Shown here piece by piece: positions 38,833-47,610 of a stretch of DNA of 64,000 bases. Position 1 is the stretch's first letter, and each line of letters opens with the position of its first letter. Source of the DNA: a virus; UHGV virus genome UHGV-1383976; one strand, 5' to 3'. The position numbers and the translations under genes were made by a program. The notes under the pieces are model-generated. The model saw only the letters and a program-made list of their open reading frames with translations. It was not told the DNA's origin and made no database searches.

Positions 38833-39402
38833 TTACGTGTTTACTATACCAGAATTTTGGAAAGAAGTCAAATTTTTGATAAATCGCTTTGCTTCAACTT
38901 CTAAGTCCTCAAAAGTTTGATTGTTGTCTATTATATAGTCATATTCATAGTTAAGGACATTTGCATCAGCATGATTTGATGCCTTTGAAGCCTCCGCTGA
39001 ATCGCGCCGTATAAGTAAGGTCGTACCATTTGTGGCCTTCTTGAGCTTGTCAATTTCGGCAGGTTCGCGCACATCTACAAAAATAAAACCTTTTCGCGGA
39101 TCGATTTGATAGGACAGCAATTCATCTTCAAACTCGCGCACGTATTTCATTATATCACGGAAAGGCGCATTGTTGTATGCACTCATTAGATCTTTTAAGT
39201 CTGACAGAAATTTACGATCACGTGGTTCTTTTACACCTTGCCAACCAACTTTCGCGGCAACCTCTTTTACCAGATCTACGCTACTACGCGCCCTATAATA
39301 TGGGCCGAGAATAAAGCTACACATTTGTTCAAACGTAGTTTTGCCACTACTGGGCGCACCATTTACTATAACCACATTTACGTGATTTTCAGCTATTTCC
39401 AT
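38833..39402 (-). CDS. P-loop nucleotide kinase-like protein (dNMP kinase candidate)
   Basis: Walker A VNGAPSSGKTTF near the N-terminus. 189 aa. Confidence 0.45.
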   Translation of the reverse strand: MEIAENHVNVVIVNGAPSSGKTTFEQMCSFILGPYYRARSSVDLVKEVAAKVGWQGVKEPRDRKFLSDLKDLMSAYNNAPFRDIMKYVREFEDELLSYQIDPRKGFIFVDVREPAEIDKLKKATNGTTLLIRRDSAEASKASNHADANVLNYEYDYIIDNNQTFEDLEVEAKRFIKNLTSFQNSGIVNT

Positions 39403-39922
39403 TTACCATTTCTCCTTCAATTTTTTTTCGAGCCTTGACGGCAAGCTTATCAACTCGCTCATTATAATCTATTCCTATGTGCCCGCGCACTTTTTTCCAT
39501 TGAATGCGAGCGTTTTCAAAGTAAGGAATAAGTTCTAGCCAAAGGCCCTTATTTGCAACAGGCTTTTTTTGTGAGTTCAACCAATTGTATCTCTGCCACG
39601 ACTTGTACCATTTCTGTTCATAACAATTATGAATGTAGGCGCTGTCAGTAAATATCACACATTCATCGAAGCCAGTAAAAGGCGTTTGTTCTGTTAGATA
39701 TTTCAGCCCTTCAATAATGCCGCGCATCTCCATTTGGTTGTTGGTTGCGCCAACCTCACCGCCGCTTTGTTCAGCGATTATTCCTTTGCCTTTCTGAATC
39801 AATACAAAGCCCCAACCGCCAATAGCGCCATCCTTGCCATTTTTACTACAAGCGCCATCAGCCCAAAGCTCATACGTCATAAATCGTTGCCCCTTTCGCA
39901 AAATATGTATCATAAATGTCAC
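39389..39922 (-). CDS. Ribonuclease H (RNase HI type)
   Basis: YELWADGACSKNG...GGWGFVL, TNNQMEMRG and FTDSAY carry the RNase H catalytic D/E/D residues. Confidence 0.8.
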   Translation of the reverse strand: MTFMIHILRKGQRFMTYELWADGACSKNGKDGAIGGWGFVLIQKGKGIIAEQSGGEVGATNNQMEMRGIIEGLKYLTEQTPFTGFDECVIFTDSAYIHNCYEQKWYKSWQRYNWLNSQKKPVANKGLWLELIPYFENARIQWKKVRGHIGIDYNERVDKLAVKARKKIEGEMVNGNS

Positions 39923-40337
39923 TAAAAATATTTACATTGCTTACTCGATTAGAGTGAAGTTCAAAAGCAATTAGATCAAGCGGGTCAATTTTGACATCAC
40001 CGCGTGGTTTAGCAAATGCACCAGCATAGCGGAAGTAATGGAATGACTTAGGCCCAAACTCCTTCCAAACAAATTTGACAAATGCAAACCAATTTTTTGC
40101 GGGCAAATAAATTTTGCTATCTTTTGAGAAGATTACAGTTTTAAGCGCAAGGTGTACTATAGCTTTGTAATTATTGTCAGCCGTGTCTACATTTACAGTG
40201 AACTGTATGTCACCACCCTGTATGTAATGCGAAAAATTTAGATAAGTAATCTGACAAAGGTAATCATAATAGTTATACTTATCATTTATGTCAGCAAATT
40301 CATCAGAGCGATCTTCTCCTGTTTTGAAATCATACAT
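39870..40337 (-). CDS. Hypothetical protein
   Basis: 155-aa ORF, first gene of the minus-strand block. Confidence 0.45.
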   Translation of the reverse strand: MYDFKTGEDRSDEFADINDKYNYYDYLCQITYLNFSHYIQGGDIQFTVNVDTADNNYKAIVHLALKTVIFSKDSKIYLPAKNWFAFVKFVWKEFGPKSFHYFRYAGAFAKPRGDVKIDPLDLIAFELHSNRVSNVNIFSDIYDTYFAKGATIYDV

Positions 40338-40487
40338 AATAGAAACCTCCTTTTCCTATTTTACTATATATAGTATAGCATAAAACTGCTAAAATTTCAA
40401 GTTTCCCCTCTTTTTTGTAAAGTAAGTCTTATAAATTTACTTCTATATGAATAGAGATATTCAAATAATTTTGGGAGGTTTGACATA

Positions 40488-40772
40488 ATGGATATGTTAG
40501 CTCTTCTGCTTGCCGTTTCTATGATTGAGTGGTATATTATCGACAGAGCCAAGTCCGCAATTTGGGACCAGCTTTCTTTTGGTAAATACATCACTATGGC
40601 GGTCAGCCTGATTGCGTCCTTCTGCCTTGCCTTTGCTTTCAAGCTTGATGTGCTTGTTGCTGTTGGCCTTGTTGAGGAAGTTTCCAATGCGGGTATTATC
40701 CTGACTGGTTTTGCACTGTCTAGCGGTAGTTCTGCTATCGCTGAGATTGTTGGCGGAATTAGCGGTAAGTGA
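40488..40772 (+). CDS. Small membrane protein (holin-like)
   Basis: 94 aa with 2-3 TM helices and a strong RBS (GGGAGG). A terminator follows. The antisense ORF 40397..40807 is rejected. Confidence 0.45.
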   Translation: MDMLALLLAVSMIEWYIIDRAKSAIWDQLSFGKYITMAVSLIASFCLAFAFKLDVLVAVGLVEEVSNAGIILTGFALSSGSSAIAEIVGGISGK

Positions 40773-40781
40773 TATAACAAG

Positions 40782-40815
40782 TGGGAGTAGAATTTTTCTA
40801 CTCCCAATTTTTTCT
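40782..40815 (+). terminator. Rho-independent terminator
   Basis: Hairpin gggagtagaa-ttt-ttctactccc followed by aatttttt. Confidence 0.6.
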
Positions 40816-40929
40816 ATCCACACCTTTTATTATAATTATATAAAATATTTTGGGTTACGCTTTTAGCATAATCCAATTTTTTTATTTTTTCAAGTTTTTG
40901 AAATTGCTTATCCATTGGATTTTATGAAA

Positions 40930-40966
40930 AAAATTTGATTTTTCAAAAAAATGATGATATAATAAA
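40930..40966 (+). promoter_or_regulatory. Consensus phage promoter
   Basis: AAATTTGATTTTT, TTGATT at 40935-40940, N17, TATAAT at 40958-40963. Confidence 0.55.
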
Positions 40967-40988
40967 TATATAAAATGAGAAAGGAGAT

Positions 40989-42347
40989 ATGTCAATGGTC
41001 AAAGTAGGATTGCGTTTTCTTGATAAAAATAATGACATTGGTAATAAAACATATTGGTATATTGTAAAAGATAAAAAGGTTTGGGCAGACTTAAACAAAG
41101 CTGCAATGGTAAGCATTTCGACTCAAAATTCAACAGCATTTAAAATCACAAACGAGACTGGATATGGATATAGAGATGCTTGGGTTGTTTGGGTTGATAT
41201 TGATACAGTAAAAGAGGGTGATGATAAAGAACTTGTTGTCATAAGCGAAATTAGAGGATATGATGACACAAGACCCAGAAAGAAGGTTTCTTTTCCTGTT
41301 TGGGGGATTTGTGGAATAAATAGGCCTGAGTGTTATGATAGTTATTTTTCCGAGCCTATATCGTATAACTTTGATGCTGGTTTGGATCTCACTGTAAACA
41401 ATGGCGCATTTTATCTTAATACTTCTGACGGTTATAAGCCGCTCAAGGTTTCGTTTGATGGTTCAATGTCTAATATGACGAACACTTGTGAGTCAGAGAA
41501 TTCTAAACTTCAATCTCTTTTCGGTAGCTCTGAAAATATTACTCATACATTAACTGATACTCTCACTACGTCTAATTTTGAAGACTTGAAAAATTTGATT
41601 TATGAAAAAAATTCATCTATAATAAATACACAAAATAAAAAGGAGAAAAATGAAATGAATATGAAAATTTTTGACACTCAGTTCGGCAAAGTTGATGATG
41701 TAGCAATGTCTATCTATGGCGCGACTTTCAAGACCGTAGGTACTGATGGCCTTGCGCGCTCTATCGCATATGACCCTAATACTCAGGAGTATATCGACGT
41801 CCCCAATGAGATGATTATCGCAAAAGGCTCTTATTGTTATGCCATGCCTTGCACTGCCGATAATCTTCATATTGGTGAGTATATTCGTCATAATGGAGCA
41901 TGGGCACGTGTAATTGATGTTGATGATGCTGCGCGACTTGTAATTGAAAAGATATCGACTCGTGAGGTAGCGACTATTCTGCCTGTACGTTCTATGTTTG
42001 GCTATTCTTTCTATACTAAGCTCATTACTCCATTCCAGAGTGGCTTTACGACTGCTGATGCGGCTCATCCTTTTGGCGATATGCTTCCCTTCCTTATGAT
42101 GGACGATGAAAAGATGGATGATATGCTTCCTCTTATATTGATGATGGGTCAGAACGGTGCGGCGCAGTTTGATATGTCAAATCCTATGATGCTTATGATG
42201 CTTATGAATGAAAAAGATGGCAAGGATTCTGATGTATTCAAAATGATGGCAATGATGTCTATGTTCAATCAGGCAAAGCCTGTTGTTAAGACCGATGCCC
42301 GCCACTGTGAGTGTGATTGTTGCGACACTGAAAGGAAGTCTTACTAA
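40989..42347 (+). CDS. Hypothetical protein with Met-rich, Cys-clustered C-terminus
   Basis: 452 aa with RBS AAAGGAG. The C-terminal 90 aa contain about 25 Met (MLPFLMMDD...MMLMMLMNEK...MMAMMSMF) and end in HCECDCCD. Confidence 0.55.
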   Translation: MSMVKVGLRFLDKNNDIGNKTYWYIVKDKKVWADLNKAAMVSISTQNSTAFKITNETGYGYRDAWVVWVDIDTVKEGDDKELVVISEIRGYDDTRPRKKVSFPVWGICGINRPECYDSYFSEPISYNFDAGLDLTVNNGAFYLNTSDGYKPLKVSFDGSMSNMTNTCESENSKLQSLFGSSENITHTLTDTLTTSNFEDLKNLIYEKNSSIINTQNKKEKNEMNMKIFDTQFGKVDDVAMSIYGATFKTVGTDGLARSIAYDPNTQEYIDVPNEMIIAKGSYCYAMPCTADNLHIGEYIRHNGAWARVIDVDDAARLVIEKISTREVATILPVRSMFGYSFYTKLITPFQSGFTTADAAHPFGDMLPFLMMDDEKMDDMLPLILMMGQNGAAQFDMSNPMMLMMLMNEKDGKDSDVFKMMAMMSMFNQAKPVVKTDARHCECDCCDTERKSY

Positions 42348-42802
42348 TGGATAGTCGTATTCAGTATTCGGTTGATTATGAAAATGGGGTTGTGCTGGCT
42401 TGGTTCAACCCCGACGAGATAATGAGCGACCTTATTGAGGAAACTATACATCTTGCTGATAAGATGCAGAATTCAACTTTGCGTTGGGGCGTTGTGTTTG
42501 AGCAGTTTGAAAAGTTTAGAAAGCAGAATAAGACTGCTCTTGGCAATCTGTGCGGTAAGGCAAAGTGTAATATGGATGCGGGAGACAAGTTCGACGTTAA
42601 GATAGGTGAAGAGCTTGCCAAACGCCGTTTGCTTATAAAGGTAGCAAGCCTTCGCTCTCGTTGGTTTTGGAAGCTTGAGTTTATGGTGATGGATGATATG
42701 TTTCGTTTTATCGATCGGCAGTGTCATCATCAGAAGATCGCTTGTGATTATGATGAAGAACTTATAAACTATGCCCCGTTTGGCAGTCAATCTTTACATT
42801 GA
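42347..42802 (+). CDS. Hypothetical protein
   Basis: 151-aa ORF with ATGA-type coupling to the previous gene. Confidence 0.5.
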   Translation: MDSRIQYSVDYENGVVLAWFNPDEIMSDLIEETIHLADKMQNSTLRWGVVFEQFEKFRKQNKTALGNLCGKAKCNMDAGDKFDVKIGEELAKRRLLIKVASLRSRWFWKLEFMVMDDMFRFIDRQCHHQKIACDYDEELINYAPFGSQSLH

Positions 42803-42811
42803 ATTGAAATT

Positions 42812-43369
42812 TTGAAAGGGGCGAGTGCTACGCGAATTGCAAAGAATTTAGATAACTATGACTATACAAATCGGCTCAAAACCCGCAATCTTGATAATAC
42901 TGATATGCTCGATTTCAACTGCGGTGGAGCCGCGCTAATGACGTTTGACGGATTTGTTCCTGACCATGAGCGTGATTCATATGAAGAAGGTATAGATGAA
43001 GATATCGAGGCCGGACTTGCGTCTTGGGAAATTATTGATAGGCTTCTTTGGCGTGATGTTGATGAGATGCTTCATCTATTTGCAGGACGTCTTCGATTGG
43101 CTGATGCGGGAGAACAACCACGAGAAAATGAACGTCTTATTGCGTATCGGGTAGCACTTTCTTATGAAAAAGATGGCGATACAGGCGCACCGTTTGATAC
43201 CGACTTTCATTTCAAATATATGGATAGTGATGGGCAGTGGTATGAGAAAAGAGGGTTTTTCAATCCTATTGAGAAGTGCGATCTTTCTGCCGATTCAATT
43301 TGGGAATGTGGGCCTTTTTGCCCGCCTTATACATCAGATATTGTGTTTATGATGCTTACGAAAATTTGA
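42812..43369 (+). CDS. Hypothetical protein (possible Cys-nucleophile hydrolase)
   Basis: 185 aa. NCGGAALMTF and a downstream His. Function not assignable. Confidence 0.4.
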   Translation: MKGASATRIAKNLDNYDYTNRLKTRNLDNTDMLDFNCGGAALMTFDGFVPDHERDSYEEGIDEDIEAGLASWEIIDRLLWRDVDEMLHLFAGRLRLADAGEQPRENERLIAYRVALSYEKDGDTGAPFDTDFHFKYMDSDGQWYEKRGFFNPIEKCDLSADSIWECGPFCPPYTSDIVFMMLTKI

Positions 43370-43394
43370 TTTTCTTTCAGATTTTTTATATAAT
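43366..43394 (+). promoter_or_regulatory. Consensus phage promoter
   Basis: TTGATT at 43366-43371, N17, TATAAT at 43389-43394. Followed by the duplicated leader ATATATATAGAAAGTTGAGAGAGA. Confidence 0.55.
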
Positions 43395-43427
43395 ATATAT
43401 AGAAAGTTGAGAGAGAGGAGCTTGAAA

Positions 43428-43721
43428 ATGGCTAATCGTATAACCCCCGAACAGATAAAACAAATCAATTTAGCTTATCTTTCGTGCCACACATATAGTG
43501 GTGCGGCAAAAGCAGCGGGTGTTAGCCCGTCAACAGCAAAGAAATATATCGATCCAAATTTTCAAGCTCCGGATGCGAATATTGTAGCTAAAGTAGTAGA
43601 GCCGCTACCTATGAATACAATCAATCCGTTTGTGTGCGCGAGTGAAATTTTTGAAGCAACTCAGTTATCTGACGCAGAAAAATCTGAAATGCCATTGTTT
43701 TGGAAGGAGATTTTGATATGA
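43428..43721 (+). CDS. Small HTH DNA-binding protein (regulator candidate)
   Basis: The likely start is MANRITPEQ (RBS GAGAGAGGAG). The listed ORF starts at 43407. Helix-turn-helix LSCHTYSGAAKAAGVSPSTAKKYI. Confidence 0.45.
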   Translation: MANRITPEQIKQINLAYLSCHTYSGAAKAAGVSPSTAKKYIDPNFQAPDANIVAKVVEPLPMNTINPFVCASEIFEATQLSDAEKSEMPLFWKEILI

Positions 43722-43999
43722 AAACTTGGTTTATGTATCGAGAGAATCCAGACGGGAAATTTACAATAGTTCCTATTTATAAAAACTTTGGTGAAGATTG
43801 GAAAATAATGGGATCTTGGGCGGTGCTTCCCGCACGGCTGTTTGGATTGAGTTGGGCCGACTATTTACGTTATTGTAGGCAGTGTGGCGCCGATGTGCGA
43901 GGTAAGACGCATCAGTATCCCATTATTGCGTGGAATGAAAAGAATAATGAATTTTTAAATGAATTGAATAAACGCGCGAATCAGTTAATTAAAATTTGA
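43700..43999 (+). CDS. Hypothetical protein
   Basis: 99-aa ORF that overlaps the previous gene. Confidence 0.4.
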   Translation: MEGDFDMKTWFMYRENPDGKFTIVPIYKNFGEDWKIMGSWAVLPARLFGLSWADYLRYCRQCGADVRGKTHQYPIIAWNEKNNEFLNELNKRANQLIKI

Positions 44000-44023
44000 T
44001 TTTTCTAAAAAATTTGTATATAA
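43995..44023 (+). promoter_or_regulatory. Consensus phage promoter driving the tRNA island
   Basis: TTGATT at 43995-44000, N17, TATAAT at 44018-44023. Confidence 0.55.
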
Positions 44024-44044
44024 TATATATACAAAATAAGAAAT

Positions 44045-44130
44045 GCGGGTGTGTCGGAATGGGTAGACGATATGGACTTAAAATCCATTGGCGGGATGCT
44101 GTACGGGTTCGAGTCCCGTCACCCGTACCA
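44045..44130 (+). tRNA. tRNA-Leu (anticodon TAA), type II
   Basis: Cloverleaf by eye. Anticodon stem atgga/tccat with loop cttaaaa, a long variable arm, T-loop gggttcgagtccc and encoded CCA. Confidence 0.75.
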
Positions 44131-44313
44131 AATGATAATAAGTAGTGCAGTGAATTCTTCCTAAGCCAATGTGTATGGTAGGCCAATCAAGATAATTAGG
44201 GTTAAGTATTCATGGGTCATGCACGGCTCTGCTTATTATCATTACCAACTGTCGTTCTCAATAGCGACTTAGAAGCAATTCTCAAAAAGTATCAAAAAGA
44301 AAGGAGAAAAGGG

Positions 44314-45216
44314 ATGTCATTTTTCGTAAGGACAGCAACTGATCGGTATGGGGATACAAATAGTTATCCTCGTTGGGGCAGAATAGTGGGATGCGCTATA
44401 GGAGCACTACTTGTTCTGATTATAATTCTCTCTTGTTTCACCAAAGTTCCTACTGGTAATACTGGTATCGTCACTACATTTGGTAAGGTTGAGAATTATA
44501 CGCTGGATTCAGGTTTTCATCTAAAGGCTCCATGGCAGAAGATAGTTAAGATGGATAATCGCGTTCAGAAGCAGAGTATTGATTTGATGTGTTTTTCTTC
44601 TGATATTCAGGAAGTATCTATGACTTATACAATTAACTTCCAGATTAGTAAGAGTGATGCAATGACGATTTATTCTACCATCGGAACTCATTATTATGAA
44701 ACCGTTATTATGCCTTGTATTACTGAGTCAGTTAAGACAGTTTGCGCACGATATACCGCTGAAGAGTTAGTGGGCATGAGAAGTGAACTTGCTTCAGCAA
44801 TAGAGGCAGATCTTTCTGAGAAGCTAATTAATTACAACATAGAGCTTGTTTCTACCTCTGTTGAGAACATGGATTTTACTGATGTCTTTACTGATGCTGT
44901 TGAAGCAAAGCAGGTTGCAGCACAGAATAAGCTCACTGCACAGACTCGTGCCGAGCAGGAAGTTATTGAAGCCGAAGCGGCGGCTAAGGTTCAGGTAATT
45001 CAGGCACAGGCTGATGCAGATGCCATGGTTGCTAAGGCCCAAGCCGAGGCAGAAGCAACTCGGATTCGTGCAGAAGCTGAAGCAGAAGCCAATGCAAAGG
45101 TCGCAGCGTCTCTAACAAATGCACTAATTGATTATACTTATGCGCAGCATTGGGATGGTAAGTATCCTACCTATTATGGTGGTAACGGTACAACTCCTGT
45201 TATCGATCTTAGATAA
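44314..45216 (+). CDS. SPFH/band-7 (prohibitin/HflK-like) domain protein with Ala/Glu-rich coiled-coil tail
   Basis: The listed ORF (44212) starts inside the tRNA spacer. The real start is the ATG at 44314 (RBS AAAGGAG). A TM segment is followed by the SPFH core (TGNTGIVTTFGKV...) and AEAEA repeats. Confidence 0.65.
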   Translation: MSFFVRTATDRYGDTNSYPRWGRIVGCAIGALLVLIIILSCFTKVPTGNTGIVTTFGKVENYTLDSGFHLKAPWQKIVKMDNRVQKQSIDLMCFSSDIQEVSMTYTINFQISKSDAMTIYSTIGTHYYETVIMPCITESVKTVCARYTAEELVGMRSELASAIEADLSEKLINYNIELVSTSVENMDFTDVFTDAVEAKQVAAQNKLTAQTRAEQEVIEAEAAAKVQVIQAQADADAMVAKAQAEAEATRIRAEAEAEANAKVAASLTNALIDYTYAQHWDGKYPTYYGGNGTTPVIDLR

Positions 45217-45254
45217 ATAAATGAGCTGGCATCTCAATAAACTGCCATTAATAT

Positions 45255-45330
45255 GCCCAGATAGCTCAGCAGGTAGAGCAGAGGATTGAAGATCCCCGTG
45301 TCGCTAGTTCGATTCTGGCTCTGGGCACCA
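45255..45330 (+). tRNA. tRNA-Phe (GAA)
   Basis: 76 nt with perfect acceptor gcccaga/tctgggc, anticodon loop ttGAAga, T-loop ttcgatt and CCA. Closely resembles the canonical bacterial tRNA-Phe (GAA) anticodon arm. Confidence 0.85.
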
Positions 45331-45501
45331 TTTGGGATTGTTTACTGTTTCTTGTTCCCTTAATTGCAAAAGTGCATGAGTAGCAATTAAAAAACATCTA
45401 AGCGGCGTGTATCGTTGGTCATTCGAGGGCTATGTCAAGGCTTAAAAGACCACAGTCGATTGGGGTTGGTAAACCTCCTGCGGGGAAGCTTCCATTATTA
45501 T

Positions 45502-45584
45502 GGGCGAGTGGTGGAACTGGTAGACACAGTAGCCTTAGGAGCTACCACTTCAGTGTAGGGGTTCGAGTCCCCTCCCGCCCACCA
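45502..45584 (+). tRNA. tRNA-Leu (TAG), type II
   Basis: Anticodon stem gtagc/gctac with loop ctTAGga, a long variable arm, T-loop ttcgagt and CCA. Confidence 0.75.
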
Positions 45585-45704
45585 TAAGTCTCCAAGAGGA
45601 TGGATTCCGGCTAAACTACCACCGGCGCACAATGTGTGATATGTGGCTTTGTCATTTGTGGAGACTATAATAAATAAAAACGAAAGTAAGCCGTTTTGAA
45701 ATAT

Positions 45705-45789
45705 GGGGGATTGGTGAAATAGGTAGACACGTGGCACTCAAAATGCTATGGCGAGAGCCGTATCAGTTCAAATCTGATATCCCCTACCA
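45705..45789 (+). tRNA. tRNA-Leu (CAA), type II
   Basis: Anticodon stem tggca/tgcta with loop ctCAAaa, long variable arm tggcgagagccgta, T-loop ttcaaat and CCA. Confidence 0.75.
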
Positions 45790-45812
45790 TTTACACAATA
45801 AAAGGAGATAAA

Positions 45813-46397
45813 ATGTCAAAGAATTTTTACATTAGTGACACCCATTTTGGACACGCTAACATTCTGAGATTTGATAGACGCCCATTCAATTCTGTTGAAG
45901 AAATGAACGCCGCGCTCATCAAGAATTGGAATGACGCAGTTGACCCGAATGACAATATTTACATACTGGGCGATTTTTGCTGGGGCAAGTCTGATGAATG
46001 GATTGATATTTTGTCTCAGCTCCAAGGCAACAAATATCTTATTGCAGGCAACCATGACTTGCGTAATCCTCCTTCTACTGTGCGGCGGTTCTTTCAGGAT
46101 TGGCGCGACTACAAAGAAATTTCTAACAACGATCGTAAGGTTATAATGTGTCATTATCCGATTCCATTTTACAAGTCAGATTACAACTCAAACACTTATA
46201 TGTTATTTGGTCATTTGCATACAACATTTGAGAATGAATATCTGGAAAATTTGCGATATCAAATAGAAAATGATCCTTATGAGCGGCCAGCCAAAAATCT
46301 TTGTCAGTTTTATAACGTCGGCTGTATGATGCCGTGGATGGACTATACACCGCGCACATTGGATGAAATTGTAGATGGATTTGCTAAGTTCCATTGA
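45813..46397 (+). CDS. Calcineurin-like metallophosphoesterase
   Basis: DTHFGH, GDF and GNHD motifs. 194 aa. RBS AAAGGAGA. Confidence 0.7.
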   Translation: MSKNFYISDTHFGHANILRFDRRPFNSVEEMNAALIKNWNDAVDPNDNIYILGDFCWGKSDEWIDILSQLQGNKYLIAGNHDLRNPPSTVRRFFQDWRDYKEISNNDRKVIMCHYPIPFYKSDYNSNTYMLFGHLHTTFENEYLENLRYQIENDPYERPAKNLCQFYNVGCMMPWMDYTPRTLDEIVDGFAKFH

Positions 46398-46409
46398 AGG
46401 GGAATAGGC

Positions 46410-46961
46410 ATGGCAGTAAATAAAGGATATTTAACAGCAAAAACAGATAAAGAGTCTGATGAAGTATATACACCAGCATATGCTGTTCGACCTTTGGTTA
46501 AGTATTTGCGATTTTTTGAAAAAATAAAGGGGCATCCAATAAAAATTTGGTGTCCTTTTGATACGCAAAGCTCGCAATATGTTCAAGTGTTTAGAGAAGC
46601 TGGTTTTGAGGTTATTCACTCTCATATTGAGGAAGGGAAAAATTTCTTTTTCTACGAACCCGATGAACGGTATGATATTATTATTTCGAATCCACCTTTT
46701 TCACAAAAGGACAATGTTTTGAAACGTTTGTTTGAGTTAAACAAGCCATATGCGATGTTATTGCCAATTCCAGCCTTGCAAGGGCAAAAGCGTTTCCCTT
46801 ATATAAAAGATGGACTACAATATCTTGGTTTTGATAAGAGAATTAATTATTATACTAATGCAGATTTTTCTCAAGTGCAAAAAGGGGTTTCTTTTGGTTC
46901 TTGTTATTTGTGTAAGCAATTTCTTCCAAGAGATTTAATTCTTGAAGAGTTGGAAGCGTAA
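46410..46961 (+). CDS. Phage Dam-like N6-adenine DNA methyltransferase (NPPF motif)
   Basis: DEVYTP followed by DIIISNPPFS. The small size (183 aa) is typical of phage Dam-family MTases. Confidence 0.55.
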   Translation: MAVNKGYLTAKTDKESDEVYTPAYAVRPLVKYLRFFEKIKGHPIKIWCPFDTQSSQYVQVFREAGFEVIHSHIEEGKNFFFYEPDERYDIIISNPPFSQKDNVLKRLFELNKPYAMLLPIPALQGQKRFPYIKDGLQYLGFDKRINYYTNADFSQVQKGVSFGSCYLCKQFLPRDLILEELEA

Positions 46962-46966
46962 AAAAT

Positions 46967-47054
46967 GCGGGATGAACTCAGACGGCTCTGAAACCGGTCT
47001 TGAAAACCGTGGGCAGGCAAAACCTGTGGGGATCGACACCTCCGTCCCGCGCCA
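46967..47054 (+). tRNA. tRNA-Ser (TGA), type II
   Basis: Acceptor gcgggat/gtcccgc, anticodon loop ctTGAaa (4 bp plus C-T at the stem top), a long variable arm and CCA. Confidence 0.65.
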
Positions 47055-47058
47055 ATAT

Positions 47059-47144
47059 GCGGAGTAAATTTAGAAGGTCTAAAGCTCCCCTGCTAAGGGA
47101 TGCGTGGTGAAAACCATGGGGTTCGCGTCCTCTGCTCCGCGCCA
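47059..47144 (+). tRNA. tRNA-Ser (GCT), type II
   Basis: Acceptor gcggagt/gctccgc, anticodon loop ctGCTaa, variable arm gtggtgaaaaccat and CCA. Same architecture as the neighbouring Ser tRNA. Confidence 0.65.
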
Positions 47145-47232
47145 GCCCCATCTTCAGTTCTATAGCTGGTGAAGATGGATAGGCGATGAAGTATAGCAAT
47201 AATATGGCATGAGAACTATGATAGTGTTTCAT

Positions 47233-47322
47233 GAGAGCGTAACTCAGTCGGTAGAGTTTTATAGCGTGAAGGGATATGCTATTGAATGCCCTTAGTCGCC
47301 AGTTCGAATCTGGCCGCTCTCA
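47233..47322 (+). tRNA. Aberrant tRNA-like gene (perfect acceptor, D and T arms; about 17 extra nt in the anticodon/variable region; no encoded CCA)
   Basis: Acceptor gagagcg/cgctctc, D-arm actcagtcggtagagt, T-arm gccagttcgaatctggc. The central 40 nt do not give a canonical 5-7-5 anticodon arm. A 5-bp atagc/gctat helix encloses a 12-nt loop. Confidence 0.4.
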
Positions 47323-47350
47323 TTAAAAATATATATGAAGAGGAATAGTT

Positions 47351-47605
47351 ATGGCAATTAATATCATTAGTAAAGGAATAGATTTAAATAATCCTACCTA
47401 TGAAACACAGTGTCCTCATTGTAAATGTGTGTTTACCTATCAAGATTCTGATACTACTCAAAAACCTACTGGTAGATATTATAAAGATTTTGAGGAGTAT
47501 TTCATTAAGATGGATGATTGCAATAGGAAAGAAATTGCTGTGTATATTGATTGCCCTTGGTGCCATGAAAGAAACCATGTGAAAGATAAATATGTAAAAA
47601 TATAA
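47351..47605 (+). CDS. Small zinc-ribbon protein
   Basis: 84 aa. CPHCKC...CPWCHE. RBS GAGGAA. Confidence 0.45.
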   Translation: MAINIISKGIDLNNPTYETQCPHCKCVFTYQDSDTTQKPTGRYYKDFEEYFIKMDDCNRKEIAVYIDCPWCHERNHVKDKYVKI

Positions 47606-47610
47606 TAAAT

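Noticed and set aside
40397-40823. Minus-strand ORFs 40397..40807 and 40497..40823 overlapping the holin-like gene.
   Set aside because: The + strand ORF has a GGGAGG RBS, TM helices and a downstream terminator. The minus ORFs have none of these.
43989-44186. 65-aa minus-strand ORF overlapping tRNA-Leu(TAA).
   Set aside because: Lies exactly on a well-formed tRNA cloverleaf. The ORF is an artefact.
45498-45737. 79-aa minus-strand ORF spanning tRNA-Leu(TAG) and tRNA-Leu(CAA).
   Set aside because: Overlaps two tRNAs. No RBS.
46978-47232. 84-aa minus-strand ORF across the two tRNA-Ser genes.
   Set aside because: Coincides with tRNA genes. Pro/Arg/Gly-rich product typical of GC-rich tRNA sequence read in frame.
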